Source: Verrucomicrobiaceae bacterium
GTDB lineage: Bacteria > Verrucomicrobiota > Verrucomicrobiia > Verrucomicrobiales > Akkermansiaceae
DNA length: 64,000 nucleotides
Direction of reading: 5' to 3'
NCBI GenBank assembly: GCA_051252135.1
Contig: JBPOGH010000007.1
Coordinates: 174,892 to 238,891 of the forward strand
Below the pieces are notes generated by a model. That model was not told the origin of the DNA. It made no database searches and saw only the letters and a list, made by a program, of their open reading frames with translations. Positions within the stretch are counted from its first letter, which is position 1; each line of letters starts with the position of its first letter. Positions 39,169 to 49,123 of the stretch are shown here, one piece after another. A program made the translations under genes and the position numbers.

Positions 39169-42100
39169 ATGTTTAAAGGGCAGTCCTTCCTGGTCACATT
39201 GATGATTTCGATGTCGGCAGGCATTGGGATGGCGATGCCGGTGATCAATGAGATCATGGCGAATAATCGGTCGACGGTGGCTGATGCGCAGGGGGAGTTT
39301 GATGATTGGGTGGAGATTTTTAATTCGGGGACGGAGGCGTTGGATTTGAGTGGGTATTATTTCAGTGATGATCCGGAGGAGGTGACGAAGTGGCAGATTC
39401 CGTTGGGTTCGGGGATGGTGGTGCCGGCGGGAGGGTATGTGACTTTGTGGTTGGATAATGATGTGGAGGATGGGGCGGATCATGTGGGTGTTCGCTTGGC
39501 GGCGGAGGGGGATGTCTTGATTTTGACTGCGCCGGATGGGGTGACGGTGATCGAGCAGGTGGTGCTTCCGGGGCAGCATCCGGACATTTCTTATGGTCGG
39601 GATGAGGCGGGGGAGTTTCGTTATTTGATCCATCCGACTCCGGGGTTGATGAATGACCCGACGGGGGTGGCGGTTTTGGAAGGGGTGACTTTTTCGCGGG
39701 AGCAGGGGACTTTTGAGGTGGGGTTTGATTTGGTGTTGGCGACGACGTCGGAGGGGGCGACGATTCGTTACACGGTGGATGGATCGCGGCCATCGAGTTC
39801 GAACGGGGCGGTTTACGGAGGTCCGGTGCTAGTGGAGTCGACTTCTTGTGTGCGGGCGGCGTTGTTTTTGGGGTCGGTGCAGATTAGTCCGGTGGAGAGT
39901 CGGGTGTATCTCGAGGTGGATGCGGGGCTGGCGGGATTTGATTCGAACCTGCCGATCATCTTGCTCGATAGTCAGGGCTATGACTTTTCCAATGACGATG
40001 ATCCGCGGACGGATTATCCGTCGCAACCGGTTTGTGCGGGTGTGTTTGAAAACGAGACGGGCCGGACGTCGGTGACGGCTGCGCCGCAGTTTGCGGGTCG
40101 GGCGGGGCTGAATGTGCGGGGGGCGAGCAGCAAGACGTGGCCGAAGAAGCAGTTTAAGTTCGAGACCTGGGATGAGGAGGATAACGATCGCGATGTTTCC
40201 TTACTCGGGATGCCGGCGGAGTCGGATTGGTTGTTGCAGGCTCCTTATTTTGACAAGACGCTGATGCGAAACGAGTTCGTTTTTCACTGGTGGCGGGAGA
40301 TGGGTTACTACTCGCCGCGGACACGTTATGTGGAGGTGTTTTTGAATCCTGATCCGAGCGAGCCGTTCAGTATGGATCATTATCAGGGGGTGTATTTGCT
40401 GACGGAGAAGATCAAGCGGTCGGCCGAGCGGATGCAGTTGGCAGGGCTGGATGCGGGGGATGTGGTGGAGCCGGAGATTACGGGGGGCTACATGGTACAG
40501 GCGACGAATCTGAACCAAGACTGGGTGAGCGGAAAAGGGACGCGCTACAAGTATGTCGATCCGGCGAAGGATGAGTTGCTACCGGTCCAGCGGACGTGGC
40601 TGCAGGACTTTATCGATGCGGCGGAGGACTCGGTTTACGCGGCGAACTTTGCGGACCCGGTGGAGGGTTATGCGAAGTATCTCGATGTGCCATCGCAGGT
40701 GGACTACGACATTATGCGCGAGTTGAGTCGGAACACGGATGGGGCGAGCACCTTCTTTTCGATTGATCGCGGGGAGAAGCTCAAGATGGGGCCGCTTTGG
40801 GATTACAATCAGGCTTTGGGGCTGAGCTCGCTGGGGACGTCGACGTTGGGCTATGGCTATGAGACCGACGGTTGGAATGGCTACTACATGCGGGCGGGGC
40901 ATTGGCTGGCTTGGTGGGATGAGCTGGATGACGATCCGAACTACCAGCGGGCGTGGAATGATCGCTGGGTGGAGCTGCGGGAGAGCACGCTGACGACGGA
41001 GGGATTGCTTGGGAAAATTGATGGGGATGCGGCGCTGTTGGGCGAAGCGCAGATGCGAAATTTTTCGAAGTGGGACATTTTGGGGGTGGCGGTTTACGTG
41101 GTGAATGGTCGGACGCGGGCTGATCCGGGTGACTTGGATCGAGACACTTATGAGAAGGAAGTGACCTTTCTGCGAGACTGGGTGGAGGATCGCGTGGCCT
41201 GGATTGATTCGCAGGTGCCATCGCCGCCCGATTTTTCCCAAAACGGAGGAGCGGTGCCGGAGGGATACTCGCTGGTGATGAGCGAGGGGAGTTCGTTCGG
41301 TGCGTTTTCGGGTGATGTCTTTTATACCACGGATGGGAGTGATCCGGCGGAAGGTGTGGCGACCCAATACACGGGGCCGATTGTCTTGAACGACGGGGTG
41401 CGTGTGAGGGCGCGGACGATGAGTTCGTCGGACGGAAGTTGGGGCGCGCTGCGGGATGCGACTTTTGTGGTGGGAACCGAGCCGGCCTCGAGTGCGAATT
41501 TGGTGATCTCGGAGATTCACTACAATCCGAGAGGGCGTGATGAGCTGGAGTTTCTTGAGATCGTGAATCGCGGGAGTGTGCCGTTGGATTTGACCGGGGT
41601 GAGGTTGGCGAATGCGGTGGAATTTGAGTTTGGCGCGATGGCGCTGGAGCCGGGCGGGGTGCTGGTTGTGGTGGAGGATGAAGGGGCCTTTACGGCGGAG
41701 TTTGGAACGGCGGGTTCGCCGCGATTTGTTGAGGGCTTGGTGATTGCGGGTCAGTGGTCGGGGAGGCTGAGCAATGGCGGGGAGACGATTGACCTGCTTG
41801 ATGCGGCAGGAGGCGTTTTGCATCGGGTGACATATGGGCAGGATGGCGCGTGGCCGTCGGGAGCGGATGGCGATGGGTTTTCGCTGGAGCTGAGAGATTT
41901 GAGTTTTGATCCTGCGGTAGCGGGGAACTGGCGTTTGAGTGATTGGGAAGACGGGAGTCCCGGGAATTTGACTCTGCCGGTTGAGGTCACTTTTGAAGCG
42001 TGGCAGGAAGAGCATTTTACGGTTGCGGAACGGGGGCAGGCGGAAGTGAGCGGGCTCTTAGCGGATCCGGACGGAGATGGGTTTTCGAATCTGCTGGAGT

Positions 42101-42405
42101 ATGGGCTGGCGAGTCATCCGAGGGCGGCGGGGTCGCAGCCTGCGATGGAGATTGCGGAGGAGGAGATTGAGGTGGACGGAGTGACGGGGCGTTATTTGAC
42201 GCTGACCTTTGACCGTCCGGTTGGGTCGGAGCTCAGTTATGCGCTTCAGATGTCGTCTGATCTGTCGGGGTGGAACAGCAGGCCCTTGAAGTGGGTGCGG
42301 GGCAGTGTGGACCTTGGGGCGCGGGTGGAGACGATCACGGTGAGAGGGGAGCAGCCGATTGAAGCGGCGGGGCGTGAGTTGATGAGAATTTACCTTTCAA
42401 AATAA
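39169..42405 (+). CDS. Secreted CotH-kinase / lamin-tail-domain protein
   Basis: VINEIMA..DWVEIFN (LTD), VRGASS, PKKQFKFE, YFDKTLMRN, YQGVYLLTEKIKR, GPLWDY, second LTD ISEIHYNP. Start set at ATG 39169 (GGAG RBS). Confidence 0.88.
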   Translation: MFKGQSFLVTLMISMSAGIGMAMPVINEIMANNRSTVADAQGEFDDWVEIFNSGTEALDLSGYYFSDDPEEVTKWQIPLGSGMVVPAGGYVTLWLDNDVEDGADHVGVRLAAEGDVLILTAPDGVTVIEQVVLPGQHPDISYGRDEAGEFRYLIHPTPGLMNDPTGVAVLEGVTFSREQGTFEVGFDLVLATTSEGATIRYTVDGSRPSSSNGAVYGGPVLVESTSCVRAALFLGSVQISPVESRVYLEVDAGLAGFDSNLPIILLDSQGYDFSNDDDPRTDYPSQPVCAGVFENETGRTSVTAAPQFAGRAGLNVRGASSKTWPKKQFKFETWDEEDNDRDVSLLGMPAESDWLLQAPYFDKTLMRNEFVFHWWREMGYYSPRTRYVEVFLNPDPSEPFSMDHYQGVYLLTEKIKRSAERMQLAGLDAGDVVEPEITGGYMVQATNLNQDWVSGKGTRYKYVDPAKDELLPVQRTWLQDFIDAAEDSVYAANFADPVEGYAKYLDVPSQVDYDIMRELSRNTDGASTFFSIDRGEKLKMGPLWDYNQALGLSSLGTSTLGYGYETDGWNGYYMRAGHWLAWWDELDDDPNYQRAWNDRWVELRESTLTTEGLLGKIDGDAALLGEAQMRNFSKWDILGVAVYVVNGRTRADPGDLDRDTYEKEVTFLRDWVEDRVAWIDSQVPSPPDFSQNGGAVPEGYSLVMSEGSSFGAFSGDVFYTTDGSDPAEGVATQYTGPIVLNDGVRVRARTMSSSDGSWGALRDATFVVGTEPASSANLVISEIHYNPRGRDELEFLEIVNRGSVPLDLTGVRLANAVEFEFGAMALEPGGVLVVVEDEGAFTAEFGTAGSPRFVEGLVIAGQWSGRLSNGGETIDLLDAAGGVLHRVTYGQDGAWPSGADGDGFSLELRDLSFDPAVAGNWRLSDWEDGSPGNLTLPVEVTFEAWQEEHFTVAERGQAEVSGLLADPDGDGFSNLLEYGLASHPRAAGSQPAMEIAEEEIEVDGVTGRYLTLTFDRPVGSELSYALQMSSDLSGWNSRPLKWVRGSVDLGARVETITVRGEQPIEAAGRELMRIYLSK

Positions 42406-45400
42406 TGATGATGAAAATGCGAATGTTGTTATGGGGCCTTGTGCTTTCGGCGGGCCAGCTTGCCGGCTATGAAGTGTGGATCGGGACTCATTTGTCGACG
42501 AGTGAGACGGCGACTGATTTGGCGAGCTGGTCGCAGACGGCTTCGCAAGTGGAAGGGTTCAATGTGAACCTGGCACCCCACGATACCGACCCTGTTACCA
42601 ACAACGAGTTTCGGACGATTCTGGGGCAGTTTACGAATGCCAAGAATGCGATGAGGGAATTTGCGAGGTCGCAGGCGACGCGCGATCCGGACATGACGGA
42701 CGAGCTGGCATTTCCGTCGATTGCTTCAAGGCTGGAGATTTTGATCAACAGTCAGAACACCTACAATTTTGATCTGAGCATCATCATGTTCTACGACGAG
42801 CGGGGGACTTTTCAGGGGACGGAATATCTCTACCAGTGGTCCGAGATTGAGATTCAATATTTACGCGACTGGCTGGATGAGAACGGGCATGAGGATATCG
42901 AGCTGATGTGGAACGTGCGGAATAACAGCGTGCGAAACCAGGAGCTGGCGGCGCATCCTTTGGTGGATTCGGTTGAGATCGAAGCGAGCACGACAGCCTT
43001 GCTGGACAACACGAACAACCAGATGACCTTTTTCAACTGGTTCTGGAACAATCCGGCGACGGCGAACAAGAGGATTGCGATGCAGATTCCGCGGAACTTG
43101 CCGGGAGATTCGAAGGACCAGTTTCAGGGGACCCGTCGGGTGGCGAAGTTGATCGGAGATTCGATCGGATACGGGGAGGACGGGATTCGGAGTGATCGGC
43201 TGGTGTTTCTGCCGGTGACCTACAATGACAATTTCAATTTCATCCCGGAGACCGTTTCGGGCGGGACGGCCTACACCAACAGTCTGACCAGTATTGCGCT
43301 GTCACTGATTGAGCAGCGCTCGTTGTTTGAGGGGCGGTCGAGGGTTCCGACCGATGCCGATGCGGACAGTAAGACCCGCTTGTTTGCGCCGACGGTGGGG
43401 ACGATTGGTGATCAGACGGTGGCTTTTGAAACATCGACCGGGGCGTTATCATTTTCGGTCAGCGATGATGTGACGGCGGCTGGAGCGCTCACGATTTCGA
43501 AGAGCTCCTCGAATCCCACGTTGGTGCCCTTGGGGAATATTGTTTTGGGTGGAAGCGGGGGGAACCGGACGGTGACGGTGACGCCGGCGGCGGGCCAGAG
43601 CGGGAGTGCGGAGATTGAACTGTGGGTGAGTGACGGGACGCTGGCATCGCCGATTATTTTTGAGGTGACGGTGCTGCCTTCAGGGCTCGCTCCCGGGACG
43701 ATTTACAGTTTGAATGACGATTGTTCGATTACCGAGAATCCGTCGATTGAGAAGCTGTCGAGTGAAACGGTTGATGTGGGTGCGAGAGGGGCTTCGCCTT
43801 GGGTGGAGAGGTGCACCGTTTACGTGTTTCAATTGCCTGATTTGGGTGCGGTGACCAATCCGTTTCAAGAGGCGAGCTTCACCTATCATGTCGTCGACAA
43901 AAGCGGGGGTTTACGGGGTCATGATCTCTACGGGTTGGGAAGGCGAGCGAGTCCGACGGTGCTTACGGGTGACTTTTATTCACAGAGCGCGACCGCGGAT
44001 CCTACTGATGCGACGAGGATTCAGCAAACGATCATGAATGACAGCACGCCGTTGGGATTGGTTTCGACCACGGCCGGAGGCAGTGCCAATCTGGTGAGCT
44101 ACCTCAATAGCCAGTATGCCGGTGGAGCGGGGATCGGGGAATACGTCTTCCTGCGGATCAATACGCGGGATGCGAAAACAGAACTGAACTACGCGACCCT
44201 GACGATGTCCGAGGGGGGAGTGGTGAGTCCGCAGGACACGCGGCCGCGCATCAGCTATCAGGCGACGAGTCCGGCTCCGACGATCAGCGCGATTCCCGAT
44301 CAATCGGTGGTGGTGAATTCCGGGCCGATTACGATTCCCTTTACGATTGGTGATGCGGGTCATCCGGTGGATTCGTTGACGCTGAGCGGGACTTCGAGCA
44401 ACTCTGCACTGATACCCAACTCAGGGATGAGCTTTGGTGGAAGCGGTGCGAACCGGACCGTGACACTGACTCCCCTGACCGGGGTTTTGGGGACGACGGA
44501 GATCACGATTGAAGTCAGCAACGGGACGTTCAGTGGAGAGACAAGCTTTGTGGTCGTGGTTGAAGGGCTGAGGGAAGTGGTAGCCGGATGGGATGACTGG
44601 AACAGCAACACGGCTCCGGGTGCGACTGTGACGGGGTCGGGCATTGTGGCCACGGCGACGGCATCGGCAGCGACCGGTAGCTGGAACACGGCGGATGACG
44701 GGAGTAGTGGTCGTGGCTCGAGTGGGGACGGGACCTGGGGATCGTTTGATGGTGGCGGGGTAGCGGCGAGCGCGGTGGTGACCGGTCCGGGAGCAAATAT
44801 GACGGCTGCCAACGGAGTGACGGATGCGGAGATGACGTTTACGATTACCAACAACGGCTCGGCCGACTGGGACCTGGAGGGGTTTCACATGGATGTTATT
44901 GCGTTCCGCCCCAACGCACCCCGTGCCTACGAATTGAGGGTGCTGAGTGGCGGTGTGACCAACGGGGTGGTGTTTACTTCTGCTGATGATGCGATCAACC
45001 AGCTTGGGGGCACCTTATCCGGTGGGAACGATGATCATGACGAGATTGACCTGGACCTGACGGGTCTTGCTGATGCGACGCTGGAACCCGGAGAGACGGT
45101 GGTTCTTCAACTTGCGTTTTCGAGCGGCGCCGGTTCCGGTGGCGGGCATCATCTCTTCGTGGACAACGTGGCGGTGTCGGGGGTGACGGACCCGATGACG
45201 GCGTTGCAGAGCTGGCGGATGGCGCACTTTGGGACCACTGAAAACACGGGAATGGCGGCGGATGGTTTTGATGCCAACGGCGACGGGGAAGTGAATCTGT
45301 TGGAGTTTGCGACAGGGCAGGATCCTCATTCGGGAAGCTTTGTCATGACTTCGGTCGGGCCGGTTGGGGGAGGCTTCGAGTTCCGTTACACGCGCAGCCA

Positions 45401-45596
45401 GAGTGCGGTTGGAGACGGGGTGGTGTTCACGGTGGAGTGGAGCGACAGCCTGGAGGCGGGAAGCTGGAGCAGTGCCGGTGTTTCCGAAATGACGGACCCC
45501 GAGAATCCGGGAGGTGGTGAACTTGAGAATCGGGTTGTGACGCTGCCGCAGGGAAGTTCAAGGCGCTTTGTGCGCTTGAGGGTGAGTTCGCAATGA
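42405..45596 (+). CDS. Secreted multidomain protein (unknown N-terminal domain, cadherin-like Ig repeats, AGWD module)
   Basis: TAATG overlap with the previous gene; signal peptide; two SSNP.L[VI]P...GSG.NRTVT.TP repeats; C-terminal half paralogous to 35247-38798. Confidence 0.78.
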   Translation: MMMKMRMLLWGLVLSAGQLAGYEVWIGTHLSTSETATDLASWSQTASQVEGFNVNLAPHDTDPVTNNEFRTILGQFTNAKNAMREFARSQATRDPDMTDELAFPSIASRLEILINSQNTYNFDLSIIMFYDERGTFQGTEYLYQWSEIEIQYLRDWLDENGHEDIELMWNVRNNSVRNQELAAHPLVDSVEIEASTTALLDNTNNQMTFFNWFWNNPATANKRIAMQIPRNLPGDSKDQFQGTRRVAKLIGDSIGYGEDGIRSDRLVFLPVTYNDNFNFIPETVSGGTAYTNSLTSIALSLIEQRSLFEGRSRVPTDADADSKTRLFAPTVGTIGDQTVAFETSTGALSFSVSDDVTAAGALTISKSSSNPTLVPLGNIVLGGSGGNRTVTVTPAAGQSGSAEIELWVSDGTLASPIIFEVTVLPSGLAPGTIYSLNDDCSITENPSIEKLSSETVDVGARGASPWVERCTVYVFQLPDLGAVTNPFQEASFTYHVVDKSGGLRGHDLYGLGRRASPTVLTGDFYSQSATADPTDATRIQQTIMNDSTPLGLVSTTAGGSANLVSYLNSQYAGGAGIGEYVFLRINTRDAKTELNYATLTMSEGGVVSPQDTRPRISYQATSPAPTISAIPDQSVVVNSGPITIPFTIGDAGHPVDSLTLSGTSSNSALIPNSGMSFGGSGANRTVTLTPLTGVLGTTEITIEVSNGTFSGETSFVVVVEGLREVVAGWDDWNSNTAPGATVTGSGIVATATASAATGSWNTADDGSSGRGSSGDGTWGSFDGGGVAASAVVTGPGANMTAANGVTDAEMTFTITNNGSADWDLEGFHMDVIAFRPNAPRAYELRVLSGGVTNGVVFTSADDAINQLGGTLSGGNDDHDEIDLDLTGLADATLEPGETVVLQLAFSSGAGSGGGHHLFVDNVAVSGVTDPMTALQSWRMAHFGTTENTGMAADGFDANGDGEVNLLEFATGQDPHSGSFVMTSVGPVGGGFEFRYTRSQSAVGDGVVFTVEWSDSLEAGSWSSAGVSEMTDPENPGGGELENRVVTLPQGSSRRFVRLRVSSQ

Positions 45597-45640
45597 TGCT
45601 GGCGTGATGGGAGCTGATGGGATTTTCCCGGTGGCTCCGG

Positions 45641-48600
45641 TCATCGTTCTTCGATTTGGTAGCGGAAGAACTCCTGCGTGCCGGAGGCGGGGGCGGTGAG
45701 GGTTTGGGTGGGTTGGGCCGGGTTGCGGGGGAGGGCGTTGTTTCCGGGGGCGGTCCAGCGTTGCCAGTTGGAGAGGTCGGTGGAGCGTTGGATGATGAGG
45801 CTGCGGTTTGAGAAGGGGGGGAGGTCGATCTCGATGTTGCTGCTGTTTTGGAGGATCGTTGTGGTGAGGAGATCGGAGGGGTCGGTTGGATTGGTGAGGG
45901 TGAGCCATTCGGTTTGGTTGGAGGCACCGTCGGCGTCGGGGTCGGCGGTGGGTTCTCCTTGGGGGGAGGTGTCGTTGCCGAAGCGGGCGATGCGCCAGGC
46001 GTGGTAGGTGGTTTCGCTGGTGGCTTCCTGGAGGATCCAATCGGTGAGGAGCTGGATGTTGGCGGTGTCGGTTTCGTTGGTGGCGAGAGGGGGCATGCGG
46101 GTGTAGCCGTTGGTGGCGGCGACGCGGCTGAGGAGGATGGAGCGGGTGGGGTTTCCGGGGACGACGAGGCGGTCGTCGGGGTGTTCGGTTCCTCCGGAGG
46201 CGAGAGTGTTGATGAGGTTGGTTTGGGCGATGGTGAGAGCGAGATTTCCTTTCCAGGTGAGCGGTTCGATGCCGGGGTCCTGGTGGCAGTAGGCGCAGTT
46301 GACATCGAGGTAGGAACGGACGCGGGCTTCGAGGGAGTAGTCGGTTTCGGTGGGGCCGATGTGTTTTGGAAGGGCGTCGGGAAGATTGGGGAGAGTGTCG
46401 AGGTAGCCGCTGGTGAAGAGGAGGGTGAGGAGGTTTCCGGAGGAGCCTTCGATGGTTCCGGTGCGGTTGAGTTGCGGAGTGTTGAAGGAGAGGGCGAGTC
46501 CGGCTTCAGGGAGGTGGCAGGTGTTGCAAGAGGAGCGGGAAGGGATGTTCCAGGTTTGGGCCTGGATGCCATCGGGGGTGTCGATGGTGAGCTCGATATT
46601 TTCACCGGCGGTGCCGACGAGGGTGGCTTCGGTTCCGGCTTCATTCCATTTGTAGGAAACGCCGTAGATGCCATCGGTGAAGTTGGCGATGCCGCCGATG
46701 AGTTCGGGAGTGATGAGCATATCGGAGCTACCGATGCCGTTGTTGAGGCCCTGGATGGCGAGGATGTTTTGGCCGTCCTGAAGGAGGTGGGTGAAGGAGG
46801 AAATGTTGAAGTCCTGGAAGGAGGTGGCGCTGCCATCGGGGTTATCGCCGCTGGCTTCCGACTCCCAAGTGAGGGCTTGGGGTGGGGAGTCGTCTTCGGG
46901 CGGGTTGGCGTCGGTGACGCGTTGGCCGTTGAAGTAGGCGACGAAGCCGTCGTCGTACTTCATGCGGAGGGTGAGTTGGCCGATGGAGGCGGCGTCGGTG
47001 ACATTGAAGGGGACGCGGAGGTAGAAGGAGGTGTTTTGGCCGTTGAGGGCGTTGCCAAGATTTCCGCCGGTGCCGAAGTGGGAGAGGTAGGTTGAGTTTT
47101 CATCGTAGCCGATGCCGGTGTTGGCGGTGGGCCATGAGGAGTCATCGAAGGCGGTGGTCATCCAGGTGCTTTCGAGGGAGGCGTTGGTGGGGACGAGGTA
47201 TTTGGCGGAGGCTCCTTCGGAGATGAGGGTGGAGGTGGAGACGACTTCGGCGATTTGATTGCGGACGAGGACGCGGGTCTCGAGGTGTTTTTTGGTGGCG
47301 GGATTTCCGCGTTCGAGTTCGAGATCGAAGTGTTTTACCCAGATCATGCCGTTGGGGAAGGTCCAGGGTTGGTCTTCGGCGTAGGTGATGAGATCGGAGG
47401 TGTTTTTGATGGCGAACCAGCGTTGCTTGAGGGCGTGGTCGGACCAGAAGGGGAGGTTGATATCGTAGGGGACGACGCCGGGGTTTGGGGTGAGGGTGGC
47501 GAGGTTTGAGAAGATTCCGGTTGAGGAAAGGGTGTCGGGGAAGCCGGGGTCGTCATCGCGGGCGACGAGGCGGTGGATTTGGTTGCCGCTGACATCGGCC
47601 ATGAGGATGTCGCCGTTTGAGGGATCGGGTCCGAAGCCGGCGAGTCCGCCTTCACCGGCGATGCGTTGGACCTCGGGTTCGCCGGGGGTGTCGGTTCGTT
47701 CGAGGGCCCAGACGTTTCCGGAGACGTAGTCGCCGAAGATGTATTTCCCGGTGAGACTTGGGATGTTGGTGCCGCGGTAGACGAAGCCTCCGGTGATGGA
47801 GTTGCCCTGGAACTCGCCGTTGCCGCGGGCGTAGTCCCAGACGGGTGGGTTGTGGGTGGAATTGGTGCGGCTGGCTCCATTGATGGTGCTGTTGAACTTG
47901 GGGCCGCTGAGGTCCCCTTCATACCAGGCCCAGCCGTGATTGCTTCCGATGAGGGCGATGGTGACTTCTTCGCGGGCGCCTTGGCCGACGTCGCCGATCC
48001 AGAGTTCGTCGTTATCGAAACTGAAGCGCCAGGGGTTGCGGAGGCCGACGGCGAAGAACTCGGTGCGGGTTTGGGTGGGGTTGACGGAGACGCCATTGAA
48101 GGTGGTGGCGCCGACCCAGGGGTTGTCGGCGGGGACTTCGTAGAGCGGGTTGCCGTTGACGAGCTTGATGGCGGGGTGGGTGTTGGGGCGGAGGTTGGTG
48201 TCGTCGTTTCCGGTGCCGTCGGAAGGGGTGTAGTCTTCCGGTTCGAGGTCGACATCGATGCGGGTGATAGAGGACCAGAAATCCTTATCGAGGAACTGGC
48301 TGTTGTTGAGGGTGTCATTGGCGGCGCCCTCGTCTCCCCAGCTCATGTAGAGGTAGCCATCGGAGCCGAAGTGGAGGTCGCCGCCGTTGTGGTTTCCGGC
48401 GTCGTTTCGTTGTTCGATGAGGATTTCTTCGGAGGTGGGATCGGCGGCGGTGTCGGCGAGGTCGGGATCGTGCCAGCGGGAGAGGCGTTGGTAGTTGGTG
48501 CCGCCGGAGCTGACGTTGTAGACGATGAAAAAGGAGCCGTTGTTTTGGTAGTCGGGGTGGAAGGCGACGCTGAGGAGGCCTTGTTCGCTGCCGGTGAGGA

Positions 48601-48913
48601 GGGACTCGCCGCGGGAGGCGAGGATTTGATCGAGGTCGAGGAAAATGGTTTTGGTGGGGTTGGCGGCGGAGACGTCGGGGACGAGTTCGAGGTCGCCGGT
48701 CTTCTCGCAGATGAAGAGGCGCTTGGTGTCGCCATCGGGGCTGCGGAGGCAGAGGGGGGAAGAGAAGGAGAGGCCGGGGAAGGCGGTTTGGACTTCGATG
48801 ACGGACGCGGGAGGCTCGCTTGGGAGAGTGATGGTGGTGTTGGCGACGCGTGGTCCGGCGCTTGCTGCGAGGGTGGAGGCAAGGGTGAAAAGTGCGACGG
48901 GATGGCGGGACAT
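45641..48913 (-). CDS. Glucose/sorbosone (PQQ-type) dehydrogenase-like protein with two c-type heme motifs
   Basis: EQGLLSVAFHP, NHNGGDLHFG.DGYLY, GLRNPWRFSFD, GDVGQ; CNTCH and CAYCH. Confidence 0.88.
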   Translation of the reverse strand: MSRHPVALFTLASTLAASAGPRVANTTITLPSEPPASVIEVQTAFPGLSFSSPLCLRSPDGDTKRLFICEKTGDLELVPDVSAANPTKTIFLDLDQILASRGESLLTGSEQGLLSVAFHPDYQNNGSFFIVYNVSSGGTNYQRLSRWHDPDLADTAADPTSEEILIEQRNDAGNHNGGDLHFGSDGYLYMSWGDEGAANDTLNNSQFLDKDFWSSITRIDVDLEPEDYTPSDGTGNDDTNLRPNTHPAIKLVNGNPLYEVPADNPWVGATTFNGVSVNPTQTRTEFFAVGLRNPWRFSFDNDELWIGDVGQGAREEVTIALIGSNHGWAWYEGDLSGPKFNSTINGASRTNSTHNPPVWDYARGNGEFQGNSITGGFVYRGTNIPSLTGKYIFGDYVSGNVWALERTDTPGEPEVQRIAGEGGLAGFGPDPSNGDILMADVSGNQIHRLVARDDDPGFPDTLSSTGIFSNLATLTPNPGVVPYDINLPFWSDHALKQRWFAIKNTSDLITYAEDQPWTFPNGMIWVKHFDLELERGNPATKKHLETRVLVRNQIAEVVSTSTLISEGASAKYLVPTNASLESTWMTTAFDDSSWPTANTGIGYDENSTYLSHFGTGGNLGNALNGQNTSFYLRVPFNVTDAASIGQLTLRMKYDDGFVAYFNGQRVTDANPPEDDSPPQALTWESEASGDNPDGSATSFQDFNISSFTHLLQDGQNILAIQGLNNGIGSSDMLITPELIGGIANFTDGIYGVSYKWNEAGTEATLVGTAGENIELTIDTPDGIQAQTWNIPSRSSCNTCHLPEAGLALSFNTPQLNRTGTIEGSSGNLLTLLFTSGYLDTLPNLPDALPKHIGPTETDYSLEARVRSYLDVNCAYCHQDPGIEPLTWKGNLALTIAQTNLINTLASGGTEHPDDRLVVPGNPTRSILLSRVAATNGYTRMPPLATNETDTANIQLLTDWILQEATSETTYHAWRIARFGNDTSPQGEPTADPDADGASNQTEWLTLTNPTDPSDLLTTTILQNSSNIEIDLPPFSNRSLIIQRSTDLSNWQRWTAPGNNALPRNPAQPTQTLTAPASGTQEFFRYQIEER

Positions 48914-48964
48914 TGTTGGTGAGTTTAGGGTGGAAGTGGAGATGAGGCAAATGGCATTCGTGGG

Positions 48965-49020
48965 GCTGTGAGCTGCGGGCTGTGAGCTGTGAGCTGTGAG
49001 CTGTGAGCTGTGAGCGACGA
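48965..49020. repeat. Heptamer tandem repeat (GCTGTGA) x ~8
   Basis: Six exact GCTGTGA units plus the variants GCTGCGG and GCGACGA. Confidence 0.9.
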
Positions 49021-49123
49021 GCTTGCTTGGTTGGGTGGGCGGCAGACTTTGGATTTATGGAGGGGTGGACGTTCCGGAGAAAGGCGCGGGATTTATTGCT
49101 TCGGGGGTTTGGGGGCTTGGATA

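Noticed and set aside
18529..45596. tRNA-Tyr-anchored integrative island
   Set aside because: Accessory-looking genes follow the tRNA, but I saw no integrase and no duplicated tRNA 3' end, and the composition resembles the host.
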